Assembly: GCA_951406725.2 (NCBI GenBank)
Contig: OX597831.1
Location: 12,834,001 to 12,898,000, forward strand
Length of the DNA: 64,000 nucleotides
Reading direction: 5' to 3'
Source: Octopus vulgaris
Lineage: Eukaryota
A model generated the notes under the pieces. It searched no databases, had not been told where the DNA came from, and saw nothing but the letters and a program-made list of their open reading frames with translations. The position numbers and the translations under genes are program-made. Below are positions 55,458 through 64,000 of this stretch, in pieces. Within the stretch, counting starts at the first letter, position 1; each line of letters starts with the position of its first letter.

Positions 55458-56540
55458 AATAAGAAAAAAGGGGATAAGAGAATGTACAAAAAAAAGTAAT
55501 AAAGAAGTATAGAGATAGAAAGGAAGAGACAAAAAGAGGAAGGAAAAGATTGTGAGAAAAATAGGAAAGAGAAATAAAGAGAGCAAGAGAGAGAAAAAGA
55601 GCTGAAGAATGAAAGAGGAAAGAGGAGAGTGAAAGAGAGAGGGATTGAGAAGGAGTTCAACCCAGAGAGGACTTTGAGCTGTAAACAGGATTATAAAAAA
55701 GAGCAGATCCTTTACACAATAGATTTTTTCCTGTGGTCTGAGCTGGACACAATGCAACAATGGATTACTGACCGGCAACTAAGGAGTGGCTGTAAACGAG
55801 TGCAGAACTATCAATTCTTTGAGGGAAATCATGGAGATTTATCTATTTATCTATTCCTCCATAATACAAACTTTAATGTGTCTGCTGGTGAACAGAAGGT
55901 ATTAATTGCTGACAGGTACACCTAATTTGTTATGCAACCATAATATGCTACCATGTATATTAGTTTCAAAATTTAGCACAAGGCCAGCAATTTCTAGGGA
56001 ATGGGTAAGTCGGTTACATCAATTCCAGTGCCCAACTGATGCTTATTTTATCAATGCTGAAAGAATGAAAGACAAAGTCAACCTTGGTGGAATTTGAACT
56101 CAGAACATAAAGATGGACGAACGTTCTGCCAGTTTGTTACCTTATCTTATCAAATATATTGAAGTTTTATGATACAGGTGGGACACAGTACTGACCAAAA
56201 CCATGTGGTTCCAAACTGACCTTCTTAACCACATAAATATTCAAACAATTCATACATGCATGTGTGTGTTCATCATCATTGTTTAATGTCTGCCTTCCAA
56301 GCTGGTACGAGTTGAACGGTTTGAGAGGAGCTGTCCAGGCAGGAGCTTAGGCCATGCTTCTGTGTCAGTTTTGGTGTAGTTTTTACAGCTGGATGCCCTT
56401 CCAAATGCCAATCACTTAACTGTATGGACTGGATGCTTTTTACACTGTAAAGTGGCTGGCATTTGGAAGGGCAATACACACACACACAAACATGCTCATA
56501 CATGAAAATATATGTATACACATACTTATACCACCCCACA

Positions 56541-56571
<31 letters not shown>

Positions 56572-56852
56572 CATCATCATCATCATCATCGTTTAACGTC
56601 CGCTTTCCATGCTAGCATGGGTTGGACGGTTCAACTGGGGTCTGGGAAGCCCGAAGGCTGCACCAGGCCAGTCAGATGTGGCAGTGTTTCTACAGCTGGA
56701 TGCCCTTCCTAACGCCAACCACTCCGAGAGTGTAGTGGGTGATTTTATGTGCCACCGACACATAGTGAGAATTTACAAAAAAACAAAAGACGAAGATGGG
56801 TGTGTAAACAACAAACAGATGTATTAGTTTAACGCTCGGGAAGTGAGAAAGT

Positions 56853-56888
56853 CTTTTACATTTCGAGCCTACGCTCTTCGACAGAAAG
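56853..56888 (-). ncRNA. Minimal hammerhead-like motif with a U6 variant core
   Basis: Minus strand reads CTTT-CTGTCGA-A-GAGC-gtag-GCTC-GAA-ATGT-A-AAAG. Stem I is CTTT/AAAG. Stem III is one transition away from the palindrome ACGT. Triplet GUA. Confidence 0.55.
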
Positions 56889-57005
56889 GAGAACAAAAAT
56901 AAACAGGGAGAGAAAATAGAAAAAGGTTTAGTGGCTAGCGATCTATCATGGTGAATGCCAGACAGAGGAGTCACACAGGACTGCTAGGAAGAAGGGGATA
57001 TATAC

Positions 57006-57046
<41 letters not shown>

Positions 57047-57562
57047 CATATATATGCCACCAGTGGTGTATAACCAACACACTTATGTGTACCCTTCATT
57101 TATTAGAAAATAAACTTTGCTTGCAAAGATCTGTTGAGGCAACTGAAATCAAAATCGCTAACATAGCCGATGACAGTACTGCCTGACTGGCTCCCATGCC
57201 AGTGGCACGTAAAAATAGCACCATTCAAGCGTGATCATTGCCAGTATTGCCTTACTGGCACATGTGCCGGAGGCAGGTGAAAAACAACATTCGAGCGTGG
57301 TTATTGCCAGTGCCACTGGACTGGCTCCTGTGCAGGTGGCACGTAAAAAACACCTATTGAGCATTGTCATTGCCAATACCGGTGGCACGTAAAAGCACCC
57401 ACTACACTCTCAGAGTGGTTGGTGTAAGGTAGGGCATCCAGCTGTAGAAACTTTACCCGATCAGATTGGAGCCTGGTGCGGCCTTCTGGCTCGCCAGTCC
57501 TTAATCAAACCGTCCAACCCATGCCAACAAGGAAAGTGGACATTAAACGATGATGATGATCT

Positions 57563-57610
<48 letters not shown>

Positions 57611-57648
57611 GTATGCATGTATTTATATATATATATATATATATATAT

Positions 57649-57995
57649 AAACAATTGCAGTGTGGAAGGTGTTTGTAAGCCATTTAAGAAACACACAAAA
57701 GCCGTTCGATTCACTTCAACATTTAAGTTTAATTTGTCAAGATATTTTAGTCGCTTTAAGACCGCGACCTGTTCACTGACAAAAATCCGTGATGCAGAAC
57801 GGATTTTTGTCAGTGAACAGGTCGCAGATTTTAGTGACGAAAATATTTTGACAAATTAAACTTAAATGTTGAAGTGAATCGAACGGCTTTTGTGTGTTTC
57901 TTAAATGGCTTATAAACACCTTCCACGCTGCAATTGTTTTTGTTTCAGCACACGATCTCAGATCAAATCACTTGCTATGCGAGTACATCTCCGTA
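57649..57995 (+). mobile_element. Fold-back element family B, best copy
   Basis: Arms 57649-57790 and 57799-57939, an 8-nt spacer, and a 56-bp unpaired tail at 57940-57995. (TA)n on both flanks. Confidence 0.85.
57806..57855 (+). ncRNA. Minimal type I hammerhead motif with a G3:C8 core
   Basis: TTTGTCA-GTGAACA-G-GTCGC-agatttta-GTGAC-GAA-AATATT-T-TGACAAA gives a 7-bp stem I, a 5-bp stem II, a palindromic stem III (AATATT) and the triplet UUU. Confidence 0.7.
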
Positions 57996-58135
57996 TATAT
58001 ATATATATATATATATATATGTAAAGTGAATAGCTACAACTGGATGAAAAGCGGGGGCAGACACAGAATGAAATGCTGATCGTTTTTCGCAACTACAGTC
58101 AGTTGAAGGAAGTGTTCAATAAGTTCACAGCTGGC

Positions 58136-58172
<37 letters not shown>

Positions 58173-58205
58173 AAGCGAGAGAGAGAGAAAGAGGGAGAGA
58201 GAGAA

Positions 58206-58237
<32 letters not shown>

Positions 58238-58644
58238 GAGAGAGATGAAAAATCAATATAATCAATGACCAACGTGAATGGATGGATAATAATAATACTT
58301 TGTGATACTTGATTTCATTGTTATTGAATATATTAAACAAAAATCAAACGTACAAGATGGTAGTGGTGATGGGGATGGTGATGGTGGCAGCAGGGATGGT
58401 TGCAGCAATGGTGATGGTAGTCATGGGCTGGTGGTGGTGGTGGAAGTGACTGTGATAATGTGAATGGCGTGAGATATAAACAAAACAACGACCACCATCC
58501 AGGAAGGATGGTCACAAGAACTGAGAGAAATAGCAGCTAAATTTCACACTATTTCATGCTATGATCTACCAATTCGGCAGAGCAGAGATATCTCTGACCT
58601 TGCAGTTAGAGTGTTAGACCCATGATCATAAGGTCATCTTTTAC

Positions 58645-58911
58645 ATTTTTTAGTCATTTGACTGTGGCCATGCTGGGGCACCACCTTGAAGGGTTTCAGT
58701 CAAACAAATTGACCCCATGACTTATCTTTTATATATATACATATATACGACAAGCTTCTTTCAGTTTCCGTCCACCAAATCCACTCACAAGGCTTTAATT
58801 GGCCCGAGGTTATAGTAGAAGACATTTTCCCAAGGTGTCATGCTGTGGGACTGAACCTGGAACCATGTGGTTGGGAAACAAGCTACTTACCACACAGCCA
58901 CACCTGCGCCT
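58645..58911 (-). mobile_element. S1 SINE with internal deletion
   Basis: Head AGGCGCAGGTGTGGCTGTGTGG starts at 58911 on the minus strand. Confidence 0.85.
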
Positions 58912-58918
58912 AAAAAAA
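58912..58918 (-). terminator. Pol III terminator (T7) of tRNA-Gln
   Basis: First run of four or more T downstream of the tRNA, 29 nt from its 3' end. Confidence 0.75.
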
Positions 58919-58947
58919 CGTATCTGTTATTTCAGAGTAAAGTATTC

Positions 58948-59019
58948 AGGTTCCACCGAGACTTGAACTCGGATCGCTGGATTCAGAGTCCAGAGTGCTA
59001 ACCATTACACCATAGAACC
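58948..59019 (-). tRNA. trnQ-CTG: tRNA-Gln (anticodon CTG)
   Basis: GGTTCTATGGTGTAATGGTTAGCACTCTGGACTCTGAATCCAGCGATCCGAGTTCAAGTCTCGGTGGAACCT: 72 nt, complete cloverleaf, intact A and B boxes, no encoded CCA. Confidence 0.97.
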
Positions 59020-59171
59020 CTTCATTCCCTAAATTGTTTTTTTTTATTGGGGGTGGGTAATGAAAATGCTTTGAACATCCTCCTGAAAACAAATGAAGAC
59101 AGAAACCTTTTTGGACACATTTGAAACATTACTTTTCCATTATTGCATCTATCTGATTTGATTGAAGTAGA

Positions 59172-59204
<33 letters not shown>

Positions 59205-59364
59205 TATTATTATTATTATTATTATTACATCTGCCTTTGTTTTGATATAAAGATTGAAAATATTGACCTTGTTTGTAAAATATTTCAAACCTGGCTTTGC
59301 ACCCACAAAGCAAATTTTGTTCCCGCACTCAGGAGTCAAGAGTGTGTTCATATCTGCTCATACA

Positions 59365-59782
59365 CTTTTCTTACTCCTTTACTTGTTTCACTCATTTGAC
59401 TATGGCCATGCTGGAGCACTGCCTTTAGTTGAACAAATCGACCCCAGGACTTATTCTTTGCGACCCTATTACTTATTCTATCAGTCTCTTTTGCCGAACT
59501 ACTACATTAAGAAGATGTAAACACACCAACATCAGTCGTCAAGTGGTGGTGGAAGGACGAATACAGACACACAAATACACACACACACACACAGAGACAC
59601 ACACACACAGATATATATATACAATGGGCTTCTTTCAGTTTCCATCTACCAAATCCATTCACAAGGCTTTGGATGGTCCGAGGCTATAGTAAAAGATACC
59701 TGCTCAAGGTGCAACACAGTGGGATTGAACCAGGAACCATGTGGCTGGGAAGCAAGTTTCCTATCACACAGCCACTCCTGCA
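59365..59782 (-). mobile_element. S1 SINE, full length
   Basis: Reverse complement of the reference copy. Confidence 0.88.
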
Positions 59783-59884
59783 GGTGTAATAATTAAATTA
59801 TTACACACATATTACATAAGTAATGCAAAAACACCTGTAGACTGTGATTATCAATAAAAAAGACAAAAAATCGAAGCCTTATTG

Positions 59885-59936
<52 letters not shown>

Positions 59937-61077
59937 TGTGTCTGTGTGTATGTGTCTGTGTGCGTGAGTGTGTCTGTGTGTGTGTGTATGTGTGTGTGTG
60001 TGTACATGCGTGCATATGTCCTTGTCTTGATACTGCGTGATAGTTGTAAACGAGTTTCCCAGTCATACAAGCGGTGCCATTCATTTCCAATATTCTGCAA
60101 ACAGCATGTCTGGTCATGGAGAAAGCATTACCTCACTTGGAATCGGGTTGGGTTGGTAGCAGGAAGCATATCCAGGTAAAGAAAATCTGCACCAACGAAC
60201 TCACCTGATCCATGCAGGCAAAAAAAAGTAGACAGGAAACCTGCTCACGGAGACATATAAAGATGATAATTCTTAAGACAGTATGTTTATAACTCGAGGT
60301 AAATTTGGCTTCTATTTCTAGCAGGGTAAGCAACCATATGGCAGCTTTCTTTGAAAAGTGTGATGTTTTTTGTTTTTGTTTTGTTTGTTTTTGTTTTTCC
60401 AGTTTCAGCTCTTGAGCTGTGGCCATGCTGGGGCACCGCCATTGTGGTGAAAGAGTACAGCAGGGATCACCACCCCCTGCCGGAGCCTCGTAGAGCTTTT
60501 AGGTGTTTTCGCTCAATAAACACACACAACGCCCGGTCTGAGAATCGAAACCGCGATCCTGCGACCGCGAGTCCGCTGCCCTAACCACTAGGCCATTGCG
60601 CCTCTACGTGAAGATGTGTGAAGAGACAAGTTTTATGAAGAGAAAATAAACAAAAAACTATGTTATCTATTCATGTAATTAGCGGCAGCAGTAGTAGCAG
60701 CAGTAGCAGCAGTTGGGAGGGGAGCAAAGCTATTTTTGTCACTGATTGTCCCTCACCAGAAATGTACTGCAGAATGTGTGTCAGACTCAAAATGCGATGA
60801 AGTACAAATTATAAACAATGTCAAGCTCAGCAATGGCAGTGGCGGCGGCGGCAAGGTTAAGAAGCTTATTTTGCAAGCCTGTGGTTTGGGGTTCAGTCCC
60901 ACTGCATGGCACCTACGGCAAGCATCTTCTCCTATAGCCCCACATGGACCTATGCCTTATGAGTGGAATTTGGTAAACAGAAATTGCATGGAAGCCCAGC
61001 ATATTGTATACTGACACACAGACAAGTATATATATATGTATGTGCATGTGTGTGTGTGTGTGTATGTGTATGTGTGC

Positions 61078-61301
61078 AGCTGGCAGAAACGTTAGCACGC
61101 CGGGCGAAATGCTTTGCGGTATTTCGTCCGCTGTAGCGTTCTGCGTTCGAATTCCGCCGAGGTTGACTTTACCTTTCATTCTTTTGGGGTCGATTAAATA
61201 AGTACCAGTTTCGCACTGGGGTAGATATAATCGACTTAATCCGTTTGTCTGTCCTTGTTTGTCCTCTCTGTGTTTAGCCCCTTGTGGGTAGTAAAGAAAT
61301 A
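61078..61301 (+). mobile_element. S2 SINE
   Basis: Colinear with 15756-15986. Confidence 0.9.
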
Positions 61302-61580
61302 CATACACACATCTATATATACATACATATACATACATATATACACACACACATCTAGGTATATGTACATACATATATATATGTAAAACTGTTTATATAT
61401 GTATATAGGCACAGATGTGGCTGTGTAGTAAGAAGCTTGCTTCCCAACCACATGGTTCTGGGTTCAGTTCCACTGTGTGGCACCTTGGGCGAGTGTTTTC
61501 TACTATACCCTCGGGCCGACCAAAGCCTTGAGTAGATTTGGTAGACAGCAACTAAAAGAAGCCTGTCATATATATATGAC

Positions 61581-61619
<39 letters not shown>

Positions 61620-61724
61620 CATTTACATAAATATATACATATATATATATACATACATACATACACATAAATATATACATATATATACATACATTTACAT
61701 AAATATATACATATATATATATAC

Positions 61725-61984
61725 ATAATACGTTTAAATATTTGTTGTGCAAGATTTTTTATGTGAAGTCGTGTGTTGAAACAGATATTGTTATATTTCG
61801 GAATGGTCATATTGCCAGTTTAGCCAATAAAAACACACGCACTATATATTTGGTGTTATTTTGCTTCAGTGATATTTATTTTTTAAAAAATAAATATCAC
61901 TGAAGCAAAATAACACCAAATATATAGTGCGTGTGTTTTTATTGGCTAAACTGGCAATATGACCATTCCGAAATATAACAATAT
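61725..61984 (-). mobile_element. Family A-related fold-back: ~60-bp tail plus a perfect 200-bp palindrome
   Basis: 61785-61884 is the exact reverse complement of 61885-61984. Tail and arm align with 46411-46545. Confidence 0.85.
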
Positions 61985-62192
61985 ATATACATACATTTAC
62001 ATAAATATATACATATATATATATACATACATTTACATAAATATATACATATATATATATACATATATTTACATAAATATATACATATATATATATACAT
62101 ATATATATATACCCCCATAGACTGGCCATAACTATCGTTATCTACTGCTCTATAACTTAGAGTCTGTAACTCTTTTGGATTTATTTGTTGCT

Positions 62193-62235
<43 letters not shown>

Positions 62236-62390
62236 GAGACTGAAAAATATATATATCTGCACTCACAAACACAGCCACACACACACACACACACACACAT
62301 GCAGATACATATATAAATGTTAAATTCTTATATATGATGTCACATAAAAAAAAACAAAAAAACAAATTTATTCACTCACACACACGCACG

Positions 62391-62430
<40 letters not shown>

Positions 62431-62867
62431 CACACCACAGATCTAAATTGTCCATGTTTTTCCAGTTTTAAAAAGGTAGTATATGATTTAGGGGGGGAAG
62501 ATTTGGCTGCTATTTCTAGTAGAGTAAATTACTCTACAGGGACGTTCTTCGTAGCTTGTGGAATATGAAATTTGATAGAACAATTTAGCAGAAACATTTA
62601 AAGTATTTCAGCAAAACGAGTTTCATTGTCGTCGCATCCTATTTTAATTTTCATTTCATTTTCAAATACTCCTGAATATTTTAAGAGGAAAATTTTATAT
62701 TTTTATCTGTAATGTTTTTTTTTTTTTACAATTTGAAATTTACTAAATATTGATTTTTTCTTCTTTTTTTTTTCAATTTTATGCATGGCATGCTCCCAGA
62801 ATTTATAGTTAAGAGATGTGGGGACTTTTATTGAGAGGAATAACCCTGGACCGAGACTATGTATCTA

Positions 62868-62904
<37 letters not shown>

Positions 62905-62906
<2 letters not shown>

Positions 62907-63066
62907 CGTAGGAGTGGCTGTGTGGTAAGTAGCTTGCTTACCAACCACATGGTTCCGGGTTCAGTCCCACTGCGTGGCACCTTGGGCAAGTGTCTTCTAC
63001 TATAGCCCCGGGCCGACCAATGCCTTGTGAGTGGATTTGGTAGACGGAAACTGAAAGAAGCCCGTC

Positions 63067-63114
<48 letters not shown>

Positions 63115-63340
63115 ATGTGTGTGTGTGTGTTTGTGTGTTTGTGTTTGTCCCCCCAACATTGCTTGACAACCGATGCTGGTATGTTTACGTCACCGTATCT
63201 TAGCGGTTCGGCAAAAGGGACCGATGGAATAAGTACTAGGCTCACAAAGAATAAGTCCTGGGGTCGATTTGCTCGACTAAAAAGATGGTGCTCCAGCATG
63301 GCCACAGTCAAGTAACTGAAACAAGTAAAAGAGTAAAAGA
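62905..63340 (+). mobile_element. S1 tRNA-derived SINE, full length (reference copy; more than 20 copies or fragments in the window)
   Basis: A box TGGCTGTGTGG, B box GGTTCAGTCC, internal (TA)n(TG)n, and tail GAAACAAGTAAAAGAGTAAAAGA. Flanked by (TA)n. Confidence 0.92.
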
Positions 63341-63359
63341 TATATATATATATTTTAGA

Positions 63360-63470
63360 GTATCTACGAGATACCACCATGCTGAAAATAGCAGCCATGA
63401 ACCGACTCTAAAACCACCTTAGAGTTGGTTCATGGCTGCTATTTTCAGCATGGTGGTATCTCGTAGATAC
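63360..63470. repeat. Near-perfect inverted repeat with 52-bp arms and a 7-nt loop
   Basis: 63360-63411 pairs with 63419-63470 with one G:T. Loop AACCACC. Confidence 0.95.
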
Positions 63471-63571
63471 CCTAATTCATGATTTTAATAATTATTACCT
63501 TTAAAGGTTATTTTTTCCATGCTGACCACTTGATAAGTTCGTTATTTTATTTTGAATTAACGATTTTATCC

Positions 63572-63627
<56 letters not shown>

Positions 63628-63629
63628 TA

Positions 63630-63782
63630 TTGTGTATGATGTGTTGTGAATTTATAGAAAGAAATTCAACAATTTTGTTAATTAAAATTCTCTGATATAT
63701 TTTAACCTCTTCTCCATTTAAAAAAAAAATTGTTGAATTTTATGAAATTTCTTTCCATAAATTCACAACACATCATATACAA
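63630..63782. repeat. Inverted repeat with 37-bp outer arms (2 mismatches) plus an inner stem
   Basis: TTGTGTATGATGTGTTGTGAATTTATAGAAAGAAATT versus AATTTCTTTCCATAAATTCACAACACATCATATACAA. Confidence 0.85.
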
Positions 63783-64000
63783 GTATTATTTTCATATTTG
63801 CAGACTTAATTAAGCCAGTAGGCTACCAGCAGAATATGAAGAATCAATATTAGAAATATGTTTTTGAAAACCTCCAAATTAAAGGACAAATCTAATTCAA
63901 CCTTTTTACACACACACACACATACAACTTTTAACAAAGCAATACGCACCTTCTCCTATCAACAATTTTTTTCTCTATATATGCTTATAAACAATTATGA

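Noticed and set aside
62828-63398. Recurrent peptides such as DGLLSVSVYQIHSQG and RRHLPKVP in many ORFs
   Set aside because: They are antisense read-through of the S1 SINE, not a protein family.

Overview
This is AT-rich, repeat-saturated animal nuclear DNA, most likely from an octopod cephalopod. That assignment is inferred from a mollusc-type cox1 NUMT and the SINE/microsatellite landscape. No host protein-coding exon can be supported, and nearly all listed ORFs are microsatellite or SINE read-throughs. Recognisable content includes one intact tRNA-Gln(CTG), a 200-bp cox1 NUMT, and dozens of SINE-like copies in about six families (my working labels S1-S6). There are also a complete non-autonomous Helitron, Helentron-like elements, hAT- and TTAA-type MITEs, and decayed fragments of R4/Dong, CR1/L2, RTE, DD37D (maT) and Merlin elements. 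The most notable signal is a set of short non-coding fold-back elements with a one-sided tail, most sitting in microsatellites, that carry minimal type I hammerhead ribozyme motifs. This matches the architecture of Penelope-like pseudo-LTRs. One family has a swapped G3:C8 core (GUGAACA instead of CUGANGA) in all four copies of the motif. All folds and alignments were done by eye, and boundaries of decayed elements are approximate.
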